Positions 33,728-46,948 of a DNA stretch of 63,354 bases are shown here, in pieces. The DNA is taken from NCBI RefSeq assembly GCF_000372725.1, contig NW_005201318.1, positions 164,342 through 227,695 on the forward strand. The letters run 5' to 3'. Origin of the DNA: Emiliania huxleyi CCMP1516 (taxonomy: Eukaryota). Below the pieces are notes generated by a model. The model was not told where the DNA came from. It did no database searches and saw nothing but the letters and a program-made list of their open reading frames with translations. How positions within the stretch are numbered: the stretch's first letter is position 1; each line of letters starts with the position of its first letter. The translations under genes were made by a program, and so were the position numbers.

Positions 33728-36700
33728 ATGGAGAAGACGACAATGGCAGACTCTGACGACAGGCTGTTCTACCTCCGCGACCTTGCCGAGATCGAGCCGC
33801 CTCGCGATAAATACGACCTGTGCGCCGCGCCACTTGCCAACACCCAGCTTTCGGTACCTGCACAATGCTCGCCAGAGCACACGGGCGGCACGAGTAGCAG
33901 CGATAGGTGTGGCATGGTGCCAGTACAGCGAATTGGCACTCCAGGTACGATGCAGAGGACATCTACAAGGCCGTTCCGCCGCCCGCCTGGGCTGGCCTCG
34001 CGGAGGAGATCTGGGTGCGTATCCACGCAATGCACACTCCACCCTGCAGTCTCAGTGAATGGCCACGCCGTCCGCCTCCATGTGTGTGCGTCCACTTGGC
34101 TCATTCTACCGTGTACCATCGCCGCCGCGTTTGGCGTCCGTCGTGCATACGCGATGCGACGGCCTGTCAGCGGAATACCACACGCTGCCTCCGCAGGTGC
34201 CTCGCCCCACAGAAGGTGACCCAGCAGTTGAGCGGATGCGCGCCCTCATCCGACGGAACGCAGTGGCAAAGCGGGACGCAGCGGCATCGAGGAGCCCAGG
34301 CGATAGGCAAATTCCGATGGGGCGCGACGAGAGATCCACGCTCCTCTCGCGCGCGAAGGTTGGCGTGAAAAGCCGAGACAGGCGCGGTAGCAACAAGCCG
34401 CGGCGTGGTGCAGGCAAGAGCGGGGTGTGGGGGTCAAAGAGCTACAAGGGGGCGGCGACGCGGCTGTTGAACCACCCGTACTTTGAGGTGAGCATTTTGT
34501 TCCTCACCATCTGGGCCCTGTTTGCCGAGGATGTGCGCCTCGCAGCATTCTCGCGCCCCACCTCGGAGCAAGCCGATGTCGGCTTTTGGGGAGCAAGGCG
34601 AGGCTCGAGCCTCCGGCCCTCGACCTTCTAGCCCTTGAGCACATCGTGCCCCGCCACAGCCTGTGTATCCTAGCCCCTCTCGAGCTGCCCACGGGCTCTC
34701 ACCCCGCACACTAGCTCACGAGCCATACTCTTCCTCTTGGTCCACCCTCAGCCTCACCGCCCTCCCCCACGCCCCAGTCTGCTCGTCGCAGCTGTATTTG
34801 CCGCCGAGGTGCTCGTGCGCTCCGCCGTGCAGGATGCCTACATCCGTTCCTTCTACTTTTGGCTCGATGTCGTCGCCGCGGGCGCCATGGTCCCCGATTG
34901 CATGCCGCTCTTCCTCGACACGGGGGAGGCGTCTGGCACCGACGCCTCGGCCGCCGCGCGTGCCGGACGCATTGCGCGCGCCGGCACAAAGGTCGGGCGG
35001 CTGCTGCGGCTGCTGCGGGTGGTGCGGGTGATCCGGTTGCTCTTCACCTCTTCCGGGAGGTCCGACGGAGTGGCTATGTACAACCCGTCACAGCTGGGGC
35101 GCGAGCTCAAAGTGAGGCTGCGTCTAGTCGTGCAATCTTCCACTCCTCCTCCACCCGTAGGGCCCAGCTGACCCCCCGCCGCCTCACCACCGCGACCCAT
35201 GCTACTCATGCATGCACCAGCTCTCAATCCCTTCGCACCCGGCCGCAGAGCCGTATCGCAAAGACGACGGTCCTTTTCATCCTGCTGCTGCTCTGTGGCG
35301 ACGCGCTGCTCAAGGCCATCTTTGAGCGGCCAACGACAGACGCGACCATCGAGGTTGCCCTCGCCCAGCTATATCTCTCGTCCCGGGACGCCTACGCTTC
35401 GGGCGGCAATGGCTTTGACTTTCAGCGCATCTTCCTGCCGGCCTTTCTCGCCATGTTTGAGCGTGGCTTCCCGTTCGTCGGCGCCGCAAACGTGCTCGTG
35501 CGCCTCCGTATCTTTGGTCAAACATTTTACGCCCCGCCCCATGCCGTCGACATGCCGCCTCTCGCCTCATGCACGCAAGATGCGCGCGGTGAGCCGATCG
35601 GCCCGTACGCAGGCCCTGTTTGTAGGGCGCTTGACGGCGCCGAGTATGGCGCGGCCGGCAACGGGCCCGCAACTGCGGTTGCGCGGTTGATGGACTGGCA
35701 GGAGGGTGGCATGTTTCCTGCATCCACCCCTTGCTCCGACTCCGGCTGCTACCCATTCTCCTTCGATGCCGGCGACTATCCTGGCTGGCTTGACCTCGCT
35801 CGGTCGGACTCGGCCACGCAGCACCGACCGCTGCCCGCGAAGGCCTTCCCGCCGCCGTACGAGGACGCCTCGCCGTTCTACCCGCTGTGCAGCGACTACT
35901 CCGTCTTCCAGGACCCAACAGCCTCCTACAAATACTGCCCGTGGAGCGTCTACCACCTCCGTGTGGACGAAATGTTCCCGGTGCTGCTCTATGCCGATGG
36001 TACGACGAACTCCGTCTCGGAGGGCTTCAACGCGGCGCTGGAAAGCAACATTCAATCGATCTCAAGCAACAATAAGACGGTCGTGGCCGAGCTGTGGTAC
36101 ACGAAGCGGCCCCTCAGGAGCGTCGAGGCCGTCCTGTCGGTCCTGTTCACGCTCGTCGTCTGTGCCGTCCTGGGCGCCGTTTCCTTCCTGCTTTCGCGCG
36201 ACGCTGAACAGGCGTCATCCTACACGCTCCTCGCCTCCGCTGTGTGGCCACCTCCCCGCCCGACCGCACGGAACGCAGCCGAACCGCGCATATTCTTACG
36301 CATTGCACCCTTCTTCGCCCTCGCCGCCACTGCCAGTCCTCTGCTGCCAGATGGTGATCCAGCCGATCGAAAAGATGGTGGACGCGGTGACCCGGCTAGC
36401 AGCCAATCCGGCCTACAAGCTTGAGGCGGTGCAGGAGGTCCGGGACGAGACGGACGCACTCTATGCCTCACTTATCAAGATAGCGTCGCTACTCCAAGTC
36501 GGGTTCGGCGAGGTCAGCAGTAGCCGTCGCCGGCGCAACGTTTTCCCGGCGCCCTCTCTGCTGATTTCTTGGACTTTCCCGCAGGCGGGGAACAATCTCG
36601 TCGCAGAAAACTTGAAGAAGGGGGTGACTGCCACTCTCCTCTCCCCTCCCTGTCCCCGGTTTAATCCATAAACGCCCACAGCGTGTCCCATCAGGACACG

Positions 36701-38118
36701 GTCGACCCGATGGTGCCTGGCCGTGTGGTCAAGGGCGCCTTTGCCTTCTGCATCATCGACAACTACGAGGAGGTAGTCTTGAGCGCTTCGGTGAAGAGGA
36801 GCTCGCCGCACGCTGTCCAAACGCGGTCCGTGCTACCTTAACCAGGTGCTCGAGTGCCTGGGCGAGGAGATCCTCCCCTTTACCAACACCGCGGCCGAGA
36901 TTGTTCACGGGCACGTCGTCGCTCATGGAGGTCAGGCCAATCGCAACCTCGGCGAGGCTTTCCTCTGCGTGTGGAAGCCGAGCCTCGACGGGCTGGTTGA
37001 GGGCGCTGACTACGAGGTGGAGGCGGCACCCGAACGGCTCTCAGACCTCCCCCCACTTGGGAGTGCCGCGGCACAGGCTGCCGACACGAGGATGTGCGAC
37101 GGTGCCCTCACGGCGATCCGCAACGCGGTCCGCAGCGTGCAGTCTTCGGCCAAGCTGCAGGCATACAACGGGCACGCGGCGATCATCCGCGCCTTTGACC
37201 GCTGCTACAGCACGAAGATCGGGTATGGCCTACACTTTGGGTGGGCCATTGAAGGGGCAGTCGGCACCAACATCAAGATTGACTGCTCGTACCTGTCGCC
37301 CAACGTCAACCTCGCGGCGCGTCTAGAGCAAAAGGCCGTGCAGCGTCGCAATGAATGTCCACATGCCTGCGACTGCGAATAGGCGCGCCTCGAGTCGGCG
37401 ACGAAGATGTACGGCGTGGCCGTTCTTCTCTCCGAGCACTTTGTCGCCAAGCTCTCGCCCTCAGTGCGGCGAGGCGCACGCCGCATCTGTTGCGCACAGG
37501 CAAAGTGTGCAACCTGGCGACAGTCACTTTCGCCGCACCTAGGCCTGCGCCGCGTGGACGTTGTATGTCTCAAGGGCTCATCCATTCCCATGGCGATATA
37601 CACCGACGACCGCTCCAACGCCCTCCACTGCTCGCGCGAGGCGGTCATGCGGCTGGGCGAGGGGGCGGTGGTGGCCGAGTTTCAGCGCCGCTTTGGCAAG
37701 GCGCGCCAGGAAAGTAGAAGCAGCTGCACTCCAGCACGTAGCCGCTCGGTCCAAGACTCCACCAAGCAGGGTGGACGTGAGCATGCGTTCGTGCGGTTGA
37801 GTTGCGCAGCTTCTCGCCGCAGGGTCTGGACGGCTTTGTCGCTGGCGACTGGGGCGCGGCGCGGCGCCATTTGGAGGTGCGGCGGGCATCCCTCCCTGAC
37901 TCTCTTGGGGGCAGGGTTGCCGCTCGAGACGTTCTCACCGCCACCCTTTCAACATCTGCGCGCAGGTGGCGCTCGATATTTGCCCGCACGACATGCCCTC
38001 CCACAGGCTGATGAGGCACATGGACAGCGAGGCAAACTCGCCTGACCTCGGCCTGGCAACGAAGCCGTTTGTGGCGCCAAGCGGCTGGCTGGGCCACCAC
38101 AAATTACTGTCCAAGTGA
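33728..38118 (+). CDS. Ion-channel-like (S1-S4) domain fused to a class III adenylyl cyclase and TPR-like tail (Paramecium/Plasmodium ACalpha-type); start uncertain
   Basis: TIWALFAEDVR, FYFWLDVVA, S4-like RAGRIARAGTKVGRLLRLLRVVR, PIEKMV, KIASLLQVGFGEAG, GLHFGWAIEGAVG, KIDCSYLSPNVNLAARLESATKMYGV, ending WLGHHKLLSK*. Confidence 0.9.
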
Positions 38119-38372
38119 GGCGCGTCGTTGATGTTGTTGTCGCCGCCCGTGTTCACGTGTTCGCACTGGGGGCCATCGGTTCGCGCCACGCGAGCCTTGG
38201 CCCTAGCTAGTACATCATGCGTCCGAACCACAGCGTGTCCCTCCTTTTCGCACTCCCCAAGTCCTGGTCTCGTGAGGGATCCCTACTGACGTAGTCGCCC
38301 GTGTTTCCCGACCGAGTCAGAGTAAAAGAAAGTTCGAAGCGCCCGCCGATGGTCTCGTCTCAGCGCGTCAGT

Positions 38373-41300
38373 ATGCCGACGACGGGCAATTGCCGATCTC
38401 TCCTGGCGCTCGTCGCTCTGGTGGGGCTCAGGGAGGCAGATTGTGCGGCGGTGCGCAAGACCTGTCGCGAGGCGAGACAGAACCTGCACAACGTGCACGC
38501 CGTGGTCAATGACCACACTTGGTGCTACCAGATCCCGACGCAGGTGCCGCCCACCGTTATGTCGGGGAGAGGGTGTGAGATGAGAGATCCCGATGGTGCC
38601 GGTGGTGCGTAGGTTTGCAACCAGTTCTACGTGCCGTACCGCAACTCTCACACCGCCGGGCTCATCGTCTGTCATCTGGTCATCTCCATCACTGGTGACC
38701 GCGCCTGCCACGCCGAGCAGCACATCGAGGATTGCGAGCCACCGGCGGACGTGGCGGAGGGGCCGGAACCACTCGACGCTTGTGAAACGATGGAGACCTT
38801 TCGCAAGGACATCCATCTCTCGGGACCGCATACATTGCATTGCAACCGCCTTGCTCCTCACGGTGGCGGCTCCTCCTCCCCTTGCCTCCTCGCCCTCTCA
38901 CTCACCCTTTCCACTTACCACGCCTCTCTCGCTCTCGCTCTCTTACAGCGTTAGGTAAGGCATACCGCCCTCGTACCACACGCCCTACCCGACTGTCTCG
39001 CCCGAGACCGCTCCACCGATCCCCCGCCGCCACGCCGTCTCGCTGCCTTCTCCCTTTCAGCTTCGTGCCTCGCATTTCCGGAAGCCACGTTTCCGGAATC
39101 CCCCACCTACCCACCCACCCACCCCACACAGAATGCGAGCACTGGTACGAGTACTACAACCACCGCTTCCATCCGTGCAAGTACTACTGGGAACTCGATC
39201 GGTGCGACACCGATTCGCCCGTCACATGCGTCGAGCCGCCGCCGCCACGGGCGCCGCCGCCACCTCCAAGCCCACCGTGGCCGCCGATGCCACCTCCGGA
39301 TCCACCCCTGCCACCGCCGCCACCAGCAGCGCGCGCACCACTCGACAGCGCGTTCGCGGGAGGCGTCGGGGTGGCGGACGCCAGCCGGTTCATCCGCGTC
39401 AACGGGTACGACCTGGAGGTGGACGATGCAAAATCGTTCCGGTATGTGGGCTGCAACTTGCCGATGCTCCTGCAAGACGCGGCGCGCGAGGCACCCGACG
39501 CGCAGGGGACGTACCCAACCGTGGACGCGCTGCTGGACGACGTCGCGGCACTCGGCATCAAGGCACTTGCGCGTCCGCCCCCGCCGATGCGTGAGCATTG
39601 TGGCTGTCCAATATGCCACACGTTCCCCGAACTGCCGCGCCGCGCCTCGAGGAGCGTTGTCCGCGCCCAAGCCCTGCGCTGACCCGATTCCTCGGTACCC
39701 ACGCAGGTGGTGCGGACGTGGGCCTTCAACGACGGCGACTCTATAACCGTGCCGCTGCAGTACGACGGCGAGCATTTTGACGAGACCGTCTTTCGCGTGC
39801 TCGACTACATTGTGCGTGGCGTCAGCCGCCCTCCCGCTAAAATTCGCACCCGTGCCACACTCTCTCGCGCTCGTAGTAGTCCTTCAGTGAGGCCCCATGT
39901 TTTGTTCCACTCCGCTCTACCAGGAGCCTGCAGGCTCTCTCAGCCTCGCCTCCGCCACGCAGGTCCACGCCGCTGGCCGGCGTGGCCTCCGCCTCATCCT
40001 GCCTTTGATGAACTATGGCTCCTCGGGCGGCGGTGTCGCGCAGTACCACAAGTGGGCGGCGCACCGCGCCGGCTCGCGCATTACTGCCGATTACGCCGCC
40101 CTTTGGAGCTCCGACGAGGGCTCCGAGTGTCCACTCTTTTACTCGGACCCGGCCAGTCAGGAGATGTACCGGTACATGGCTCACAAGGCGAGCCCCATCT
40201 TCCGCCCGCCCCACCCCCATCCCATGTGCAACGTCGCAGCACGCCACCCGCCGCCGAGTATGTGGCAAAAGTTTGTGCACGCGCGTACCGCACTCCTTGC
40301 CGTGACACTCTCGTGCTCTGCTACTGCCGCGGCGCTCCCTCTTGTGCTGAGTACCACGGCACTTCGTTTGCTTGGCAGGTGCTCACGCGTGTCAACACCT
40401 ACACACGGACGGCGTATAACAACGACCCAACCATCATGCTCTGGGAGTTGGGTAACGGACTGCGCTGCCCCGGCAAGCGCTTCGGTGGCAAGCCGCTCCA
40501 GAGGTGGTACCGCCAGATGGCGCCGTTTGTGCGGCGGCTGGCGCCCAAGCAGCTGCTTGGCTCTGGGAGCGAGGGCTTTTTCCTGTGTGCGGCCGCGAGC
40601 CAGGAGCGCTCGTCACGGGGTTGCCAGGCGGGTGAAGCTTGGCGTACGACGCTCGGCATCGAGGACATTGCCAATTGGATGGATGCACAGGGTGTCGACT
40701 ACATCGGCGAGAGCGCCATACCTGAGTTTGATGTGGCGACATACCAGGCAGCCGCCATCTACACCGCCCCACTCCGCTTTCCTCGACATCCACGAGGTAG
40801 GTCCTTGGCATTACTCACAAATACCGTCCCGCAACCCTCGCAGGCGCGGCTCGACGCTTGGCCACCGACGATGCTCTCGCGGCTCGGCGGCGCCCTGACG
40901 CGCGACGAGCAGCGGGACTTCCTCGATGCGTGGATCTTGGCACATGAGGCGGGATCCACGCGCAAGGCGATCCTCCTAAACGCGTTTGCCGCGGCCGAGG
41001 TGCGCTCACGGACTTAAACCTCGCCTACCCACCCTTCTCGCACTCATGTCCGTGCCCCCCGCAACTTTCCGCACAGTGTGACTGGTACAATGACCCCGAG
41101 GGCTGCAAGCAGAAGCGGCTCAGCGGCGTGCTGTCGACCGTTCAAAACCGCATCCTGCCTGACACAGCTGCCGGCGGCAAGTCAGTGGCCGCCGTCCTCT
41201 GGTCGCCCGCCGCTGACGGTGGGCCCATTGCCCATCCCTACCAAACCTACGCGCATAAGGCGTTCGAGGAGGAAATTGCCGCGTATGCAGAGCAACTGGA

Positions 41301-42402
41301 CTCGACGCCCCTCATCCGTTCGCCCTATCCGCCCTATCCACCGCCTCAACCGCCGAGTCCACCGCCATGGGCGCCCCCGCCGCTGCCTCCGTCGCCCCCA
41401 CCTTACCCGCCGCCATCCCTACCACCGTCAACGCCATGGTGGGACGTCCGCTTGCCCGGGGCGGTGCTCCGGGCGATCGACAGCGGGCTCTGCGCAGACC
41501 ATGGCTGGCACGAGATTGAGAGGCAAGAGTGCAACGCGCTCGCTGATCACCTCAACAAGGCTTTTCGAGTCGAGGAGACCGACAGCGAGCACCGCGGCTG
41601 CAACAATTGGCCCGACATTGTCGAATTCAATTTGGCGGTACGCTCCTCGCCCGCTCATCTCGCCCGCCCCGCACGGGAAGCCCCCCCCCCCCCCTCTGCC
41701 CCCCTAAATCAGCCATTACCCAGCTTAGTGTGAGTCCTCGCTCGACTGCATTAGGGCGGAGAGGACCATCCGGAGCCGTGCGCTGGCGCCGGCCTGTCTT
41801 GCATCTGCTCCGTGCTTCATCCGTCGCCGCCGCCGCTGCCGCTGCCGCCCGCCCCTCCCTCACCACCGCCTCCTCCGAGCCCGCCGCCGCACCCGTCGCC
41901 ACCGCCGCTTCCGCCCATCAGCCACTCGCCCCATGCGCCCAGTGTCATGCACATGCGAGGCTGGCTGCCTCCGCCACCACCGTCCCCGCCGCCGCCGATT
42001 CCCTTGCAGTGGAGTACAGCTCCGCCGGCGCCGCCGCTAATCGCACCGCCAACGCCCATGCCCATCAGAGCGGATGGCATTGTGCCCGTCGTCGGCGTTG
42101 GCGCCACTGTGGCCGTCCTGCTCGGGCTCGGCTTCTTTTGCGTGTGCGTTCGGCGCCATAAGTGGGTTGAGTCACGTGACTCTGGGCTGCTTGCGCCGCC
42201 GCTGGCCACCGTATATGCAGACCCCGAGCCAGAGCCAGAGGAGGCCAGTGCGATAGAATCGAAGTTCCTGCGGCGCGGGGACTTCGTCGAGTCCCAGCCA
42301 TTCGCAAGTCCAGCGGAGGTTCTACTCAAGCACGGCATCGGCGACGACGTCTTGGTTAGGGGGTTCGCGCAGCCGGGATCACGAGGTATCGAGCTTGAGT
42401 AG
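38373..42402 (+). CDS. Secreted, membrane-anchored GH5 (endo-beta-1,4-mannanase-like) protein with Cys-rich and Pro-rich modules, multi-exon
   Basis: Signal-like N-terminus. VVRTWAFNDG, LDYIV, GLRLILPLMNY, VLTRVNTYT..AYNNDPTIMLWELGN, GSEGFF. C-terminal TM segment VVGVGATVAVLLGLGFFCVCV-RRHK. Confidence 0.88.
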
Positions 42403-42724
42403 TGCCAGCGACACGTGGGTTGTAGGCCGCGGGAGCTCCTCGCGCAATCCTATTCGCGCGCCGCAATCTCTGTTCTCTCGTCATTTGCGGAGGAGGAGGG
42501 GTCCTCGGGTCATGCCGTTGTTATGGACTGGTACGGTACTTTAGCAAAAGCACACGACCATATGCTCGCGCTGCGCTCTCTGCTGATGCAGTGCATGTAG
42601 CAGTGCGAGACACTCTCTCATGTCGACATGCATGTCGAGGTCAGGAGGTTGCGACCCCGCACGGCGCCTCCCCCCCCCCCCCCCCCCCGCCCTCGACCCC
42701 CTCGACCCCCGCCCCCCCAACCGT

Positions 42725-45700
42725 CTACTCTCTCCTTCTATCTATTCCTGCCATGTCGTCCCCCAAGGTGCCCGCCCTGCTCGTGTTCCATGTGCTCCCT
42801 TGCCCGATGCGCTTGGCGCCCGAGAGCGTCGAGATGTTGCGCGGCGCCGCCTCGGCGATCCCAAAACGCCTGTACTTAAAGTCGGTCGAAAAGAAATCGG
42901 CCACCTTGTAGTCGTCGCCAGCGCCCTCAATGGCCCCCTCGGCCTGTGCCTCGGTCGTGATCTCCTTGCCCTTGAAGGAGCTCTGCCGCCACCACAGCTC
43001 GCGGTCTGAGGAGGGGAGGGTGCGCGGGTGAGACGCAGGGCCAGTAATAAACAAAGAAGCCCTAGGGACGGTTCCGGTGAAAGCTTGGACCTTACTGGGA
43101 GCGCCGAGGACGGTGCGGAGCTTGGAGAGCTGCTAGGGGTTGAGGAGGGTAAGGAGGAGGGAGCTGAGGACGGCGCGGCAGAGGGCGTCGACGACGGTGC
43201 AGAGCTGGATGTGCTCGCTTGTGCGTTCGCCGGAATCGGTGTGGTCGTCGTGCTCGACAGCAGGTCGAGGACCACCGTCTCCGACTCAACGGGCGCAACC
43301 GAGGACACTTCGACAGTCATGTCGGGAACAGCCGCTTGGATCATACTGGCCATCTCGTCCGCCTCCGCCAGGTTGGTGCTCAGATCGTCCACGATGCTCG
43401 ACGCGTGGTTGGCGTCCGCCTTGATCTCGACTTGCAAGCTTACGACCCCCTGCAGCCGGCGCAGCCGCATCGGCGCGCCAACTGTGAGCGAGACCAACTC
43501 GAGAGGGACACCTGAGCGGTTCGCAAAGGCCTGTCGCACGGCGAGCACCGTGTTGGGGTTCGACCACTCCTCGATGGAGCCCTCGACCGACACTATGACT
43601 GTGACCACCTCGACGAGAACGCTGTTGGTGGGCAGAGGCATGAAGGGCGCTGGTGGGGAGGGTGGGGGCGAGCACTCTCTTCCAGCCACAAAGTTGGTCA
43701 CTTGCATCATCGTCCGAGTTGGGTCGTAGTGGCTTTCGTAGTACCGGTCGAGGCGGTAGCATGCCCTGTCGGCACGAAAGATGATCGCCTTACATTCGGC
43801 CATCTGAGCGCACCAGCTTCGGCATGCTTCAATCGAGCCGCTGTAGTCAGGGCGGTTCCCGTCCGGATTGGGACCAGGCGAGGAGCCAGCGATCGGCTCA
43901 GACCAACAGCCAGCCGGCGGGAGAGGCATGAAGGGCGCTGGTGGGGAGGGTGGGGGCGAGCACTCTCTTCCAGCCACAAAGTTGGTCACTTGCATCATCG
44001 TCCGAGTTGGGTCGTAGTGGCTTTCGTAGTACCGGTCGAGGCGGTAGCATGCCCTGTCGGCACGAAAGATGATCGCCTTACATTCGGCCATCTGAGCGCA
44101 CCAGCTTCGGCATGCTTCAATCGAGCCGCTGTAGTCAGGGCGGTTCCCGTCCGGATTGGGACCAGGCGAGGAGCCAGCGATCGGCTCAGACCAACAGCCA
44201 GCCGGCGGGGGCGGTGATAGAGGCGGCGGAGTGGGTGGCAGCGGAGTGGGCGGAGGCAACGAAGGTGGCGGCGGAGTTGGCGGAGGCAACGTAGGCGATG
44301 GAGGTGGTAGAAGCGGTGGGGGAAATGGTGGTGGCACACCGGGTGGTGGCGAGAGCGGCGGCGGCGGCGGAACGGACGGTGGCGATTGCGACGGTGGAAC
44401 GGGCGGAGGCGGCAATGGCGGCGGTGGCGGCGACGGCGGTGGCGGGGAAAGGAGATAAGGTGGAGTGAGGCATTCAATGCAGCCTGCGCACATGCCGTTG
44501 GCCCAGGCACACTTACTCGCCCAGGGCCTGGTGTTTTTTAGGCAATGGGCCTCGCCCCCTGGCCGTGGCGGCCGTGGCGGCTCCAGGGGTGGGGGGAAAA
44601 AAAGGGGGCCGGCGCCCCAGGTTAGGCCNNNNNNNNNNNNNNNNNNNNNNNNNNNNNNNNNNNNNNNNNNNNNNNNNNNNNNNNNNNNNNNNNNNNNNNN
44701 NNNNNNNNNNNNNNNNNNNNNNNNNNNNNNNNNNNNNNNNNNNNNNNNNNNNNNNNNNNNNNNNNNNNNNNNNNNNNNNNNNNNNNNNNNNNNNNNNNNN
44801 NNNNNNNNNNNNNNNNNNNNNNNNNNNNNNNNNNNNNNNNNNNNNNNNNNNNNNNNNNNNNNNNNNNNNNNNNNNNNNNNNNNNNNNNNNNNNNNNNNNN
44901 NNNNNNNNNNNNNNNNNNNNNNNNNNNNNNNNNNNNNNNNNNNNNNNNNNNNNNNNNNNNNNNNNNNNNNNNNNNNNNNNNNNNNNNNNNNNNNNNNNNN
45001 NNNNNNNNNNNNNNNNNNNNNNNNNNNNNNNNNNNNNNNNNNNNNNNNNNNNNNNNNNNNNNNNNNNNNNNNNNNNNNNNNNNNNNNNNNNNNNNNNNNN
45101 NNNNNNNNNNNNNNNNNNNNNNNNNNNNNNNNNNNNNNNNNNNNNNNNNNNNNNNNNNNNNNNNNNNNNNNNNNGATGGTTGGGGCAGGGATGGCAGAGG
45201 CAGAGATGGCAACTAGGGTTGACGGTGGAGTCTATGGCAGACAGTGGCGACGCTGACGCAGTCGGTGTCGATGAAGGTGGGGGCGGGGCGGAGGGCGAAG
45301 ACAGTTGGTGGCGACGTCGAAAGCAGCGGCGTCGGTGGCGGCGTCGATGGAGGCGGGGGCGGCAGGGAGGGCGGGGGAGGCGACGGAGGCGGGGGCGGCA
45401 CGGATGGTGGCGGCGGCGATGGAGGCGGGGGCGGCAGGGAGGGCGGGGGCGGTGATGGTGGCGGCAGCGATGGCGGAGGCAGAGATGGCAACGGTGATGG
45501 CGGTGGCGGCGGTGGCGGCGGTGGCGGCGCTGACGGTGGCGGTGGCGATGGAGGTGGGGGCGGGGCGGAGGGCGGAGGCGGTGGTGGCGGCGGCGGAAGC
45601 AGCGGCGACGGTGGCGGCGGCGATGGAGGCAGGGGCGGCAAGGAGGGCGGGGGGGGCGACGGAGGCGGGGGCGGCACGGATGGTGGCGGTGGTGATGGGG

Positions 45701-46742
45701 GCGGGGGCGGCAGGGAGGGCGGGGGCGGCGATGGTGGCAGCGGCAGTGGCGATGGTGGCGGTGACGATGGCGGAGGCAGAACGGGCAAAGGTGATGATGA
45801 CGGTGGCGGTGGGGGCGGCGCTGACGGAGGCGGGGGCGGCACAGAGCGCGGGGGTGGTGGCGACGGTGGTGGGAGGAAGGGTGGCGGAGGCAACGACAGC
45901 GTGCATTCCGTCCATTCTGCTGGGCTCGCGCAAGCACCGTCAGCGACAATGCAGGGCTTGATCAGGTTTGCGTCGCCGCCGAGCTGTCGTTCGTATGAGT
46001 TAGTGCAGGCTTCGACAGTGGCGCTCGCGCATCCATTGGCAGCTGCGGCGGCGGCGGCTGCCGCCGCGGCCGCTGCCAGGTCGACAGGAGGCGCGGGGGC
46101 TGGCAACAGGCACTGAGCACAACCGACGCAGCTCAGCATGTCACACTTGTTTTCCCAGTCACGCGTGTTGGTCAGGCAAAAGGGCCGGCACAGCGCGGGT
46201 GGCGAGGGAGGCGCGCACTCTGAGCACCCGGTGCACTTAGGCAGGCCACACCTTGCGTCCCAGTCGCGGGTGAGCGTTTCGCAGAACGGCCGACACTCCA
46301 ATTCGCTGAGCTGGCGGGGCGCACCCCGGGACCGGAGCGTGCTTGTCGCTAGCATGGACCCGGTCGTAATGATGTCGCACAGCGGCGGGGACGGGGGTGC
46401 GGGCGGCGGCGGGCCAGGACAAGGCTCGCCGACCACCGTGATTTTGGCATTCATGTTAGCGTGCGGCGGGCAATAGAATGGGTACTCGCCTGGCTCCTCA
46501 AATTTGAAGGAGAACGATTGCCCACTGCTGAGCCACTCCGACGCGAAGGTGCCGTCTGGGTTCGGGCGAATGCCCGATACAACCTGGTGCCCTCCGCGTG
46601 CGACCCACTTGACCGTTTCGCACGTCTGGACAGTGATGGAGGCTTCCTGGCAGAAGGCGCCAGCCGGCGCGTTGCAGCTGAATCCCCAATCGAGGGTTGT
46701 CGCCATGGGGTTGGCGAGATGCAGAGGCGATGCCGTGCCCAC
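42725..46742 (-). CDS. Large modular surface protein: plastocyanin-like cupredoxin, Cys-rich repeats, poly-Pro, two PAN/apple-like domains and a Ser-rich region (spans a gap; may be two genes)
   Basis: GHQV...GEYPFYCPPHANM carries type-1 Cu ligands. C.PFC...RDW..C....C.GC..C repeats. Identical 288-bp units encode SIEACRSWCAQMAECKAIIF...CYRL. Confidence 0.7.
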
Positions 46743-46948
46743 GACGGCGCTGGATTTTACACTCCATCCGTCATCTCTCTCGAGCGAGAGTAAACGTGGC
46801 CTAATTGAGGGTAAACGAAGCGTAAATGAGGCGTAGGAGGGTTCACGAGGCGCGTAAATATGCGGGTAAGAGGAGAATGATAAATTTAATTTTCTCGTCT
46901 GCGCGTGTATTTAAATTAATGCGAATGGTGGAGGTGAGTCACACACAG

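Noticed and set aside
44465..45455. Long ORFs spanning N runs (also 56742-58074 and 59856-60791)
   Set aside because: Their length comes from assembly gaps; the frame across gaps is unknown.
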